Shown: positions 39,848-53,757, numbered from the stretch's first letter. The stretch: DNA of 64,000 nucleotides from Octopus sinensis (GCF_006345805.1 NC_043017.1:30628001-30692000), one strand, 5' to 3'. The notes: generated from the sequence alone by a model not told the origin. Translations and numbers: made by a program.

Positions 39848-40228
39848 TTACCTTTAACCTGCTTTAGTCATTAGACAGCGGCCAAGCTGGGGCACCTCCC
39901 TAAGACCTTTTAAGTCGAATGAGAAAACTCTAGCGCTTATTTGTGTTAAAGCCGGCTACTTATTCTATCATACTCTTTTGTGAAACCACTGTTACGGGGA
40001 CACAAACACCAACTCCGATTGTAGAGTTAGTGGTAGTGGGGGAACACTGACCAAAAAACGAACAGACATGCGACGAGCTTCTTTTAGTTTCCTTCTACGT
40101 ACACCGCTCGGAGGACGATGGTTGGCCGGAGGCTATAAAAAAAAACACACACCCAAATTGCCACGAAGTAGAATTGAGCCCGGACCTATATGGCTAGGAC
40201 GCAATCTTCTTACCACCTAGCCATTCCT
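39848..40228 (-). mobile_element. SINE family B, highly degenerate
   Basis: Weak collinear similarity across head and tail. Confidence 0.55.
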
Positions 40229-40652
40229 GATTATAAAGATAAACATTCTAATTAATATTAATGCTATATTATGTATGTAAATATTATTTTATACAAAATG
40301 TGCAAGAATTATTATCAATTTTCGAAAGCATTGAGTTATGAATATACATACTTCAACTCGACGGAGTTCTTCGACTCCCTTGCGGGATACTGCACTTCGT
40401 TGAACCATTTTTACTACTACTTCAATACATATTTGAATCAGGATTCAAAACGTAAGGTAGTACCAGTTACCCAGAACATATAAAACATAAAGGATAATGG
40501 CACTGTTTAGTGACTGCCAAGAAATATTCTGTCTAAAGGAAATCATGGAATCGTTGAAAATAAACCAATAATTACATCAAACTGTAAGGGCAAGAGAGCA
40601 GGAATTGTTACGGGGTTATAAATACTAAACCGATATTAAATGTGGGGCGGTG

Positions 40653-41091
40653 GGATTTTTCGGTTTGAACGGCAGTTTTTCTAGCGGTGTCATATGAAAT
40701 TGTCACCCATAATTATCACCCTAGTATCGATCTATTGCAATTCTATCTGTTTTAGAGTTAGGATTAGTTAGGCTTAGGGTTAGATTTAGGGATGGGGGGA
40801 AGGGTATCTTTTAGGCTTCACAAATGTAAATAAACCCAATCTATTTCTTAAACGAGGGACATATTCATACGGCTACAGAATGTTTTTTACGTCAATAGAC
40901 GTAATTGATTGGTTGAATGGAAGAAATTGAAAAGAAAAAACAAAGAAATATCTTACAAACTATAGAATTTTCTCAATAAAGCCAAGAGAAAAAGATGTTT
41001 TATAAACACATTCTACCAGTATACGAAGTTTAAAATTTTTTTAATTACCTATAAATTATGTTAAAAACTGCCGTTTAAACCGAAAAGATCC
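40653..41091. mobile_element. MITE with about 28-bp GG-start TIRs and 8-bp TSD (Merlin-like; hAT or P not excluded)
   Basis: GGAT(C)TTTTCGGTTT.AACGGCAGTTTTT at both ends; TSD GGGCGGTG / GGGCTGTG; internal TTAGGG-like repeats at 40752-40790. Confidence 0.8.
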
Positions 41092-41354
41092 GGGCTGTGT
41101 TGTTAATGCAGACAACCAAAAGTAAATTGTGGAATTCTAGTTAATATTGCATAACTATTCCAGAATTAGGTTCCTGGTCGATTACGCGAAGTCAACCACC
41201 TTTGTTATTAAGCGGTTGTGAATTTTCTATATGAGACTGTGGAAGATTTGTTTTATGTTAATGCTGGATGAATTTGAACTTTTTGATTACTTCTCGGCTG
41301 TTTTAACATTAAGGTAAAGGTTACACCCCTTTGGCTTCAAGAATAATTTAATCT

Positions 41355-41410
41355 AATAAATTTTACTAATTACTCTTGTGTCTGACACAAGTAATTAGTA
41401 AAAATTTATT
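41355..41410. repeat. Near-perfect AT-rich hairpin (about 27-bp arms, 1-nt loop)
   Basis: AATAAATTTTACTAATTACTCTTGTGTC T GACACAAGTAATTAGTAAAAATTTATT. Confidence 0.8.
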
Positions 41411-41670
41411 AAAATCTTCGATTTCATTATTTTGATAGTGACCTAATTAGCTTGCGAGCAGACACCTATATAAGTGTGTAAGTTACTTCTGCCTGTCTGG
41501 GTGTCTGCTTATCTCCCCCTCTCTCTCTCTTTATATATATAAATACACACTTACACAGATATACAAATTTATATATATAGATATATATATATATTTATAA
41601 CTTCCTTTACTTACTTAATATCGAGGTCTCTTTCTTTTGTTATCTTAGCGTTTTTACCAATATATATATA

Positions 41671-41737
41671 AACTTAGATAGACTCAGATATGTTTCGACC
41701 AAAGATTTGTCCACGCCATATCTAACTTAATAGCACC
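41671..41737 (-). mobile_element. Very short 3' end of the LINE family seen at 43703-44025
   Basis: GGTGCTATTAAGTTAGA..CTTTGGTCGAAACATATCT..TATCTAAGTT on the minus strand. Confidence 0.75.
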
Positions 41738-42790
41738 GAGAAAGGTTGAGTTCAATTAGAACAGTTTTACATTAAGGGGACCAAAGTAAGATTTCTAATA
41801 AAGATACTTAATATTACATTTATAGCTTGCTATTGCATGTATTTTATTAAAAAATAGGAAAACTATAAGGTGTATTATACTCAACAAACAGTTAAAAATG
41901 GTAACACCAACATGTCAGAAACATGGAAGTGATTAAATTAATTATAATTAATTTAATTATAAATTAGGAAACAAGAAAAGTCGTAACAGAAAAAAAAATT
42001 TTTAGAGGATACTACACTGATTCCGTGTCGGATGACCCATTCGGATATTAATACATACATAAAGAGTCCACCTTGCAAAAAATATATACACACTTCAGGA
42101 AAGAAAGAATCTTTATAAATATTTAACTCGGATTAGTTCGTCTATAAATATAATACCCCCTTCGAAGTTTTAACAAAATGAGATAACACTGGATTAAAAT
42201 ATCTATACAGATTTTTCGTTTCCCGAAGTGTGTATATAGTTTTTGTCTTAAGGCGGACATTCTGTATATCTACGCACACACACACAAGCAAATATACATA
42301 CATATGTACATATATATACATTTTTAAAGTATACCCTTGCATGCACTGTCCAATAGGTCCCTTAATTTGGTGCATAAGAGAAATATATTGTGCATCTATT
42401 TTGTGTTACAGTGAGTTAAAAGGTACGTATTCCCTTCTCGGGTTATCTGGAAATCAATAGCAAAGGTCATCACATTAGATACACATACGTAGCCCTGTGT
42501 TTAGTTTTGAAGTTAACGATGATATTGTTATAGGTTCGAAATTTGGCAACAACCATAAAGGCTATGCATTTATTCTTTTAACCTTGTTCGGCCCTGAGTT
42601 TTGTAGGCCTCCGTTCAAATACGAGTATGCAGACAGATATTCAAAAGCGATTGATTAGACGTATCATCAAAAGCGATTACAAAGACCTATGATCAAAGAA
42701 GAGTTAGCAGACCTATGATTAAAGGTTTTTTCAGTCGTCACCATCTTGGTATTTTGTTTCTGAGCGTCTTCCTGTTGGAGATTGCGTGCT

Positions 42791-42835
<45 letters not shown>

Positions 42836-42858
42836 ACCCAGCCACATATACATGTACT

Positions 42859-42890
<32 letters not shown>

Positions 42891-43374
42891 GAAGAGGAAG
42901 GGAATAAGCATCAATTATGTGTGTATTTCTGTGAGCATCTTGAAATAATCTACTGCGCTGTCTGAGAACATATTGATCTATAGTATGAACGTGGATTGTA
43001 ATGGTAGAGAATGAAGTGCCTAATGATGATCATACTGACAATTAATTTCAGAAGCAAAAATAGTCTAGGAGTACATTTCTGTTTTTCATTTGGAGAAGTA
43101 TAGAAGAATTTGAGATTAGCCACTGCAAAAAAATATTGTTTGATATTTAGAAATTAATGCGATTTTATTCATACTTTTCATCGATCGATGATTGTCGGTT
43201 TCCTTAGTCTTTCAGGATCCGACTGATTCAAAAGAAAATGAATTTCTGAATCAATTTAACTCTGTCGTAATCCTAACACCAAAGGCAGTAGCAACATACC
43301 AGTATTAAACTAGAAAAAAATCACAAAAGTATCATAAGTCATTTATTTTTTAGATAAATTCATTTTAAAGTTTG

Positions 43375-43565
43375 ACACACGATAAGCGGTTTCGGGCTTG
43401 TGAATGAGTCGATTAAATTGAGCCTATGTTCAAGAGGTAGTTATTTTATCGACCCCGAAGGAGGAAAGGCAAAGTCGACTTTCGTTGAATTTGAAGTCAG
43501 AACGTTAAGACGTAAGAAATGTTGCTAAACCCGGTTTGCTAACGATTCTGCCTGCTCACCACCTC
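43375..43565 (-). mobile_element. SINE family A, degenerate
   Basis: TTTATCGACCCCGAAGG..GAAAGGCAAAGTCGAC core. Confidence 0.7.
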
Positions 43566-43702
43566 CATGGATTTTAAGACGTTAAAAAACAAACTTACAT
43601 TAGCATATATCCTTTTAAATTCGCCGCCCCATTCAAAAAAATACTTTCTAATAGCCTTTTCTTTTCTAATTCTAGTTTAATACGTAACCAATATATATAT
43701 AT

Positions 43703-44025
43703 AAGATCACAGCATACATGTACACTGCAACATCATTTCTTTTCCTCAACAGGCCCTGCCCCTATTTAATATTATCCCGAGGGAGATCAAAGAGGAAAAG
43801 AATACCATCAACTTTAAACGGAGTCTGGATAGATTCCTTCAAAGAATACCAGATAAGCCACCCATAATTGGATACAACTCACCCAACAAGAACTCACTAC
43901 TTGAATGGACCATAAATAAAACTTGACTTAAACAGGATTCGAATAATCCTATCAGGTGGTGCTATTAAGTTAGACATGGACTGGACCAATCTTTGGTCGA
44001 AACATATCTAAGTTTATCTAAGTTT
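43703..44025 (+). mobile_element. CR1/L2-group LINE 3' end in (TA)n
   Basis: FFSSTGPA/LFNIIPREIKEEKNTINFKRSLDRFLQRIPDKP..KNSLLEW; 3' stem-loop GACCA..TGGTC; (TATCTAAGTT)2 tail. Confidence 0.75.
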
Positions 44026-44082
<57 letters not shown>

Positions 44083-44084
44083 TA

Positions 44085-44851
44085 GAGGGAAACCACCATG
44101 TGGACACCCATATGCTAGAAATAGATCCGCTACGGTCTCACCACCAAGAAATGTTCTCAAGAAAAATTTAGCAAAACAACCAGGGCGTAATCGAGCAAGA
44201 CAAAAGAAAAAGTGATAAAAATACGGATTATTCGTATACATGTTTCACTATCAACAAATTACGCAATCTTACTAATGTAACTTACATAATTGTCCGTAGA
44301 TCATCGGTACGACCGTCCAAGTTGAATATAATTTGCAGGACTGCAAACTAAGACGTCCACACAAAGTCAGACTTGTAAAACAGTCCTACCCATTACACTC
44401 GAGGCTACTATTTCAAATATCTCCGTTTGGCACGCTAAATTACTGGAAAAACCGATGCTACAGATAATACAGATAATTTTATCTTAACACCAAAAATCCT
44501 GCGTTTTATAATGCATGATTACCACAACACTTGGTGCCGATCCATCAATAGCACCAATTGACTGAATTCTTAAAGATGACAGAAATAAAGAGTTTATAGT
44601 AATTATAAAGGTATCTTGACTCCGTGTTTTAAATGCTTACAACAGAATGTTTTAAGCCTTTGCTGGTTAGAGAACTTATTAATTTAATTTTAAATTTAAA
44701 ATAAGGGTGAGGCATTAGATATTAATTTAATTAACATCGATTTCACACCAGTGGTCTAGCATAAAAAAACTGAAAGTTCTGTAAAACTGTATTATATATA
44801 TATATTAGAGGGAAATTAAATTAATATCTAATTTCTCGCCATTAATTTAAA

Positions 44852-44910
<59 letters not shown>

Positions 44911-45315
44911 ATATATATATATATATATATAATATATTGTATTCTCTGCCGTTCGACATAAATATATATCTTGTTTTATAAGCACTGCTATTCTTTCAAA
45001 TACAAGACAAATAATATATTAAACAAGGTTATTAGCACATCACGAAACCACTTATTTCCTTGAGTTTGTCATTTGTTATTTAAAGTACACCGTTGCACGT
45101 AACAAAAGACATCAATGGACATTTTCATGAAACCTCTAAACTCATTCGTTGTAAGCATTTAAAACACGGAGTCAAGATACCTTTATAATTACTATAAACT
45201 CTTTATTTCTGTCATCTTTAAGAATTCAGTCAATTGGTGCTATTGATGGCTCGGCACCTAGTGTTGTGGTAATCATGCATGATAAAACGCAGGATTTTTG
45301 GTGTTAAGATTAAAA
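44085..45315. mobile_element. Penelope-like element remnant: inverted pLTR (44085-44650, -) and sense 3' end (44940-45315, +)
   Basis: 44477-44650 is the reverse complement of 45140-45315; hammerhead-like motif at 44232-44312 (-); 44940-45070 weakly resembles a GIY-YIG C-terminus (STAIL..NILNK..IST). Confidence 0.6.
44232..44312 (-). ncRNA. Degenerate type I hammerhead motif
   Basis: TCGTA-CCGATGA-[long stem II]-GAAA-CATG-TA-TACGA; stem I TCGTA/TACGA; loop III 2 nt shorter than usual. Confidence 0.5.
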
Positions 45316-46660
45316 TCGAGCGGTCTCCAGAGTGATATTTTTTACCTATCTCCTCTGTTATATTGTACTTAGTTTCACACATTCTTTATCAGTGATATCT
45401 TTGTTCTTTCTGATCTAATCTCATAAGTAGTTATAATTACTTCTGTTCGGTAAGTAGATCGCGTCGTTCTTTCACGGGAAATATTGCCGTGGCTGCTACG
45501 TCTACGGTGGGTTCTTTTGATTTGCTCCTCGGCCGTATTCGTGACAGAAAGATTGTAGTCTTCTTAGATGTTTTGCTATTTCGAAGAATTGGGAATTTCG
45601 AAGTTGGAATGAAATATCTCAGCTAATATTTTCCCATTTCCATTCTTCCTTAGTTACCAGTGAATAATGCCGCAACCAATCGGATTGCTTTGTGCTGGTA
45701 AAGTAATGAAATCTTCCTCATAGAACTCGAACCAAAGCTTACCGGTTAAAAATGTATACTAGCCAAACATTTCACTAAAGTATCACCAGAGTTGCAGTGC
45801 TTGCTGTAAAAACAAAATGGATCAGTAAAATGCGATGAATTAAAAAAAGGCAACAGTAACGACTACTACTAGTAGTAGTAGTAGTAGTAGTAGTAGTAGA
45901 AGAAGAAGAAGAAGAAGAAGAAGGAGAAGAAGAAGAAGAAGAAGAAGAAGAGGGAGAAGAAGGAGAAGAAGAAGAAGAAAAGAAGAAGAAGAAGAAGAAG
46001 AAGAAGAAGAAGAAGAAGAGGAAAAGTATAGTTATTTCAAATTTTGGCAAAGTCTGGCAATTTTCGGGGGCGTGGATTGGTCAATTAGTCGATCCAAGTG
46101 CTTGACTGTTACGTACTTTATCGAACAGAAAGGGTGGAAGGCAAATATGACCTCGGCGTGTTTAACGCGAGGCACATAAGTAACCGAAAGCGATAACACT
46201 ATGCATTCTGTTCGAAATGCTAACTATTTTACCAGGTTGACATCCTGAATTGCTTCAATTTTTGGCAAAAGCCTTGCATCTTTAGGGAGCGAGAGTAAGT
46301 CAGTGACATCGATCCTAGTTCGAATTGGTCCTACAAATTATCCACCACAAAACAATGAAAACTAAAGATGAATGCAGCGCGTTTTGAAATCCGAATGTAA
46401 AAGTTGGAATAATTAGTGCATATTATTTTCTCGGGTGCTTTAACGAATCTGTCATTTACTTTGACTACCGAGAAGATGTGGCAATACTTTGAAGCTATGC
46501 AGTATCTGAAAGTGAGACTGATGCCGGCTGCAACGTGGTCAGCCACCATCTAGTGATAGTCGACCCTGTCGAAAAGTTTCTGTTCTTCCAAAGTGACAAA
46601 GGTTCCTCCCATGCCAAATTCCCTTCCTACTCTCCTTATGATATAAAGCGTTAAGTGGAG

Positions 46661-46815
46661 GTTGACGTGGATAGTTTTGACGTGGGTAGTTGTTCACGCG
46701 AATAGTTTTGACGTGGGTAGTTGTTCACGCGAATAGTTTTGACGTGGGTAGTTGTTCACGCGAATAGTTTTGACGTGGGTAGTTGTTCACGCGAATAGTT
46801 TTGACGTGGGTAGTT
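46661..46815. repeat. Perfect 31-bp minisatellite (4 full units + partials)
   Basis: TTTTGACGTGGGTAGTTGTTCACGCGAATAG, period 31 (46681, 46712, 46743, 46774, 46805); built from 15+16-bp subunits. Confidence 0.95.
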
Positions 46816-46819
46816 TCCC

Positions 46820-47160
46820 ATCCACTAGACTTTCCAAACTCTTGCTTAACATCTAAAATTTTGTGAACTGCATCTAGTGGAAAAATCGATGCTATTCGCC
46901 CAGGCCAACATTTCTGCATTTATGAAATCCGCTCGTTACATCAGCAGGGTCTGAGCAATTTTGGAATGTTTCACATCTCTCTCTCCTATCAGATTCATAC
47001 CATCCAGGCGTGTATCCAAGATGGCTTTACAACCGCCCAGTACAACTTTAGAGCGAGTTGTCCCCAGAAAAACTTTCAGCATCTTATACAACACACTTTA
47101 ATGATCACCATGTCGCCAAAAATATAGCATAGATTTTTTTTCGCTTTAGGTTCGTGCGAC
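46820..47160 (-). mobile_element. Possible decayed L1/Tx1 APE endonuclease remnant
   Basis: LKVFLGTTRSKVVLGGCKAILDTRLD resembles the ..LxGDFNAILDxxLD motif; heavily mutated. Confidence 0.35.
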
Positions 47161-47719
47161 GGGGGTCTTCCCCGGTTTCTCTTCTAGATGTGGAGGTATG
47201 AATGTCTGTGAAATCTGATTCGGATATTGATGGCAGTAAATTTGCGCTTGTGCGAGTGTCTCTGAGTGTGTGTTTGGCTGAGAGGCAGAGGGAAGAGGTA
47301 GGTTGTGAGACGCCTTGGGTGGTTTATATTGATGGAGATATGGATGATGGTATTATTAGGGCCATTGTCTCAAGCTGCATTTGTTTTTGTTGTCGTATCT
47401 GGCGATGCTTTTGGCTTTCTGACTCCTGGTGTAGTTGTGCTGTTGCTGTTGTAGTTGCAAGTGACGATAATTTTGATCTTCCTGCTGTCTCTGATGTTGA
47501 TGATTTTGCAAGCATTGTACATTGTATTTGATCTTACTGTGTTTGGGAGAGTAGTGTTGCTAGTATGGCTGGCGTTGTGCCGCCTATTTTGTGGGGTGGG
47601 GTGGGGCGATCTAAGCTAATGTGTGGACCGAGAAAGTTTTCTACCTTCTCCAACCGTGCGTAACAATAACAACAAAAATAATAATGACATGAGAAAAATG
47701 AATATTAAGAAGGAGAGAG

Positions 47720-48080
47720 TTGAAGAAAAAAGAAAAGGAAGGTGAAGAAGCAGAAGAAGGAGGAGGAGGGAGAGGGGAAGAGAAGGAGAAAGAGAAGAAG
47801 AAGAAAAAGGTGAAGAAGAAGATGATGAAGAAGAAGAAGAAAGAGAAAAAGAAGAAGAAGAAAAAGATGATGAAGAAGACAAAAAGAAGACAAAGAAGAA
47901 GACAAAGAAGAAGAAGAAGAAGAAGAAGAAGAAGAAGAAGAAGAAGAAGAAGAGGAAGATGATGATGATGAAGAAGAAGAAGAAGAAGAAGAAGAAGAAG
48001 AAGAAGAAGAAGAAGAAGAAGAAGAAGAAGAAGAAGAAGAAGAAGAAGAAGAAGAAGAAGGAGAAGAAGAAGGAGAAGAG
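47720..48080. repeat. (GAA)n polypurine tract
   Basis: Direct reading. Confidence 0.95.
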
Positions 48081-48717
48081 ATACCACTGAAAACTTGGGA
48101 AAAAATACCTCGTACATATGTATTTTAAAATTTATCAAGATTGGTAAGTTAGTTCCTGAAGTAGGTGAAATTTGTGTATATTAAGTGGATGAAAGTATGT
48201 TTAACGCATCGAGTATTTAAGAATAAAAAAATATATACCGACGTAAGCGAAATATGTGACGAGAGAATAATTATATTCGTTGATGAGACATCGCCGGACA
48301 TCTTTTTGCTTCACTGAGCGTCATCAGCGGAAATGTCGTCTGGCTATAACCGGCAATAACTTCAGTTATAGCAAACGAAATGCAAAATAATTACGTAGAA
48401 ATACATATTTATTGGCGCAGAAAAGTAGATTGTTCAAAGTAAAACAAAAAAATTTGCTGATATTATATATATATGTTAAAAACTACTAAAGTGTGTTTCT
48501 CTGAAGCCTATTTTAATTATAATATTTATTCGAAAACCAAAACCAGAGTATGTGTATTTCTGTAGTTAATAATGCTGAACAATCGCATATTGATATTAAA
48601 TATGAAATGAAACGTTGACACATTTGTCAAAACGAATACAAATAGAAAACAAGAAATAACGAATTATTGTGGAAATATACGTATGAAAGTATGAATAGTA
48701 TTATATTTAGAAGAATT

Positions 48718-49270
48718 AAGGCGGCGAGCTGGCAGATTCTTTTGAACGATGGGCGAAATGCTTAGCGATATTATTTCGTCTGCTGTTACGTGTAGAGTTC
48801 AAATTCCGCCGAGGTCATCTTCGTTTGTCTGCCCTTGTTTGTCCTCTCTGTGCTTAGCCCCTTGTGGGTAGTAAAGAAATAGATATTTCGTCTGTCTTTA
48901 CGTTCTGAATTCAAATTCCATGAAGGTCTGCTTTGACTCTCACTCTTTCGTGGATCGATAAATTAAGTACCAGTTGCGTACTGGAGTAATCTAATCGACT
49001 GGCCCCTCACCAAAAATTTCGAACGTTGTGCCTACTATATATACATATATATATATATATATGAAAGTATAGAAACAAGAAGTAATGAATTATTGAGAAA
49101 ATATATGTGTGAATTCTGTTAGATATAGAAAATCAAGGCGGTGAGATGGCGGAATCGTTAGCACGCCAGGCGAAATGCTTATTTCGACTGTTGCTACGAT
49201 CTGAGTTCAAATTCAGCCAACGTCAACTTTACCTTTTACTCTTTCGAGGTCGATGAAATAAGTACCAGTC
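48718..49270 (+). mobile_element. SINE family A copies: dimer-like copy with two different tails (48718-49035) and a partial copy (49136-49270)
   Basis: Heads AAGGCGG.GAG.TGGC; the first copy has tail 1, then a second body with tail 2. Confidence 0.75.
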
Positions 49271-49867
49271 AAGAAAGTATTATATATAGAAGAATCTACA
49301 TATACGAATATCAATACTCACATATAATTTTAGAGATCCGGAAAAATTCCATCTACGATTCACTCTAAGGAGGTAATCACTTTGCATGCTTTCAATAAGG
49401 ATTAATTCATTATCATTTACGTAAAATCTTTCAGTGTTTTCTTCATCCACTTTTTACATTTTATCGGTAATATTAGTTGGATATTGTACATTTATCTATA
49501 AATCTAGGAAAATTATTACCCGATAGGTATTTCTTCTTTATATTTCGTGCAAGACGCAACGAAAATTTTAGGAAAATAAAAATAAGAAATAAGTGGAAAT
49601 TTTACTGGTGAGTGTGTTAAATTATAAGGCACAAAAAGAAAGTGACTCTCTCCAGACACAACAGAGCTTTCTTTTGTTCGGTTTTTATCCTCTATGCCAC
49701 TAACACAGTTACTCGTTAAACAAAGTATCACAATACAATTGACGAGTGTACGTCTTGCTTCTGTATTGTAACCGATAGAGAAATAGCAGAGATAACAATG
49801 TATCACTAGCCAAGCTCATACACAGACAAGAGCGTTGTCATGTTTAAATATTGTGAAATGTCAAAAC

Positions 49868-50215
49868 AGCGAACTGGCAGAATCCTTAGCACACCGGGCA
49901 AAAAACATTAACGTCATTTCGTCCATCTTAATGCTCCGATTTCAAATATTGTCGGAAGCCAGCTTTACCTTCCATATTTTCGGGGTCGTTAAAATAACTA
50001 CCAGTCGAGCACAGGGGTCAGTGTAATCGACTTACTCCCGCCCTAAAATTACTGACTTTGAATCAATATTTAAAATCCTTATGAAATGCCGCTGGGGTAA
50101 ACTTTGCCTTTCATCTTTCCGTGGTCAATAAAATAATATTAGTTGAACATTGGGGTTTCTCTAATCGGCTCACTGTCCCCTAAAATTGCCGATCTTATGA
50201 AAAATTTCGGAACCA
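49868..50215 (+). mobile_element. Degenerate SINE family A with repeated core
   Basis: CTTTACCTTCCATATTTTCGGGGTCG and CTTTGCCTTTCATCTTTCCGTGGTC cores. Confidence 0.6.
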
Positions 50216-51822
50216 ATATTAAGAAATGCTTCATCGCTTAACGTAAAAAAGTTCATTATAACCGTACTTTAAAAGTATTAATCTTTTAAGATTATTGAGA
50301 TCCGGGATAACGGTTTCTAGCCAATTTGGTTGGAGGGTGAAGCTCTCCAAATATCGGTGTTGCACTTTTGCATTTAAAAACATGTACGACATATTTCTCA
50401 TTTTCTCATCAATGAGTTATCTTGTTTTACGTGTTGTATTGGAAAAATCTCTCTAGAGTAATTTCTGTATGCAATATCCATAATTCTTCCAACCGTTGTT
50501 ATGCGTATGAATTTGCATCTTTATTAATAACGACGAATTGACAAGATTTTTCAAAGGACCAAAAAATAAAGATGTGCAGTATTTTTGCACGAAGTTAATT
50601 TTTACCGTTGATAAATTAAAATGTAGGTGATCCGACATGATGGAAATCACAGCCAAGTCGCATTCAGAGTTACTGTTCTCTCTGAAATGAAAAAGGGATC
50701 GTATGGAATAATTTACATCTATATTTAATCGGAGCTCTGTCTATCAATGGGGAGCTGCGTGGAGGATAAATAACAACACTGCTTTAAAAAAAAATGTTTC
50801 ATTTTTCAATCAATGAAAATATTTTCAACATCTGCATTTACAACTGATATGTAAATTATCTCAGTTGTGTGATTATCGAGTTTCTGTCTCCTCGCTAACA
50901 ATTTCCAGGACCGCTTTCATTCCGAACTGTTTTACGAGATATCGGCTGCTATTACACATTGAAATTTTACTTTCGTCTTAAACAATCGTTACTGAGTGCT
51001 GCCTCTAAATTCACATCTCTCAAACACTTATGCATCAATACGTTACACTATTTTCTATTTCCAAATTGTATAAAATATTACATTGATAATCTCCACGGAC
51101 CAAAGAGTTCTTTGTGTTAGCAACTATCATTCTAACCTAGATACTTTAGAAATCTTGCAGTAGATATTTTTATAATGTCCTCTATCAAAAGAGGCCTCTG
51201 TTTCTCTCTGTTTGTAAATTGGAGTGTACTTGTGCGTATGCGGGCGAGGCTCTGTCACAAGTGTGTTTGATCGGTCTAGTGTATGTTTGCGTGTTTGCAT
51301 ACAATAAATATTTCCATATATCTAATGCAGGTTCACTTATGCTCTGTCTGCATATTTACAATATTTCCAAGGGAGTCTATCGCGTCTATTATCTTATTAT
51401 CGAAACTATTGTATAAATAACACTGTCAACATTTTGGTATGGACATAAAGGGTCTCATAGTTTTGCATATATTTTCCATTCCTTTGTGCCTTTGCGCGTG
51501 TTGTTTACTTTCTACCTTGTCATTCTGACTCGTGTTAGTCTAATTATTTTATGTCTGTGTCTAACAATATATTAGTATGATTATAATGTTTCGCACTATT
51601 GATCTGAAAGAGGACATCAAAAGAAAATTGATGATGATCAGAGATCAAACCGACCAAAACATAGAGTAGTTATAAATATTAAAAAAAAGCCAAACAAAGG
51701 CTTCAACTCTAGAGATGAGGTTAATAGTCCGAATATTATAATCGCATTAACAATAATTCGTTTCAAACACTTAAACATTTAATGTTAATAATGGTTTCTT
51801 TTAATTTAAAAAAAAATGACTG

Positions 51823-52100
<278 letters not shown>

Positions 52101-52899
52101 TAGTGGAAACTGGAAAAAGTCTACGTTTTATAAATGTTCTTATTCCTATTTTGATATATAGCTTTAAAGGGTAATGACCTACACGGATTTGAAATAGGAA
52201 GGTGGATGCAAAACAAAGATAAACTTAAAAATTTATCGGTAAATAATTTAACAGATGAGCAAGCAAACCTTACGCAGTAATAACAAGAGAAAGAGAACGC
52301 TCCTAAAAGTAACCGCAACACACTGAACACAGACATTGCAAGTTAAGATTGGATTTTCAGCAAACAACAGAAGCATGGCACTAACGTGAGGCGTGGGTGT
52401 CTTGGACAACAAATGTGTAAACGTTTCTGCTCAGTGGATTTATTTGACTATTAATTAAGTTTGGGTTGTCTTCTGTATGTCATTAAAACTAGAATTTGAA
52501 GAAGCGCTGTGAATGTGTGTCAGGATAGGTACTGAACCAAGTAATGCATGGTACATGTAAAATTTGATCTTGTTGTAAAGCCAAGAAGACAATAGAAGGA
52601 TGCCGGATAATTTGGCCCAGAAACATGCAAGGTGCAAGATATGCCGTTCAGTTGAACGGTAGGTTTTATGTATGAGTTGATAAAAATCAGGGTGCTTCAC
52701 ACCCTGTCTTTTACTACACCCCCGGAAATCAATCCCAGTGTTTGTACATTTCGTTACATTTCGTTATATATACTAAGTAACCCATGGGTGGGGCCTTCAC
52801 AAATGGTACTACAGCAGGTCAGTGCAGACCAGAGAACAATATTGACTAAGAGGTGGTTCTACACTCACCAAAACGTACATGCAATCATACTTACATATG

Positions 52900-52982
<83 letters not shown>

Positions 52983-52991
52983 TATATATAT

Positions 52992-53083
<92 letters not shown>

Positions 53084-53213
53084 CATATACATATAAATAT
53101 ACTTTTTATTTTATATATAGATAGATAGATATAGATAGATAGATACATACATACAAGCACATATACATCTATGTATGGATGTACATATATGTATATACTT
53201 ACATATATATATG

Positions 53214-53360
53214 TAACTTAGCGGTTCGGCAAAAGAGGCAGATAGAATAATTACTAGGCTTACAAAGAATAAGTCCTGGGGTCGATTTTATTCGACTAAA
53301 GGCGGTGCTCCAGGATGACCACAGTCAAATGACTGAAACAAGTAAGAGAGTAAAAGAGTA
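53214..53360 (+). mobile_element. SINE family B 3' part after a TA array
   Basis: Tail identical in structure to 5785-5930. Confidence 0.85.
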
Positions 53361-53411
53361 TCTCTTAAACAATGCAGCTAACTCTCAAAACGTTATTGTG
53401 TATTTTAGAAG

Positions 53412-53757
53412 TACACTCGCCTCCTTATGAGAGCTCAAAATCTCTCGTGGAAGCGTCATCCAACCAAAGTACAAATATATGGGAAACTACCACCTGTATC
53501 ATCTCTTGTGAAAGGTAAGAGAGTCCAGTTTGCTGGACATTGTTGTAGAGCTGAAAACGAGGCAATTTCTACTCTTCTTCTCTGGAAGTCATCTACTCGC
53601 AATACCAGAGGGCGCACACTCTCCTACCCTGATGTAATCTCCAGGGATACAGGCATCCAGCAACAGGACCTCCGTAATGCTACGATGGACCGTGAAGTCT
53701 GGCGTGGCATAGAAAACTCCATTGTCTCGACCACGGTCGAACAAGGATGATGCATGA
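53412..53757 (+). mobile_element. RTE/RTEX-type LINE 3' end
   Basis: YTRLLMRAQNLSWKRHPTKVQIYGKLPPVS..RVQFAGHCCR..LLLWK..MDREVWR; (TGA)-type tail. Confidence 0.8.

Noticed and set aside
40752-40790. Telomere or chromosome-fusion relic
   Set aside because: Few degenerate units, located inside a TIR/TSD-bounded MITE
46661-46815. CRISPR-like 31-bp repeat
   Set aside because: Units are directly adjacent with no unique spacers; no cas genes; eukaryotic context
48280-48330. Possible C/D-box snoRNA (TGATGA...CTGA with flanking complementarity)
   Set aside because: Only about 27 nt between the boxes; too short and unsupported
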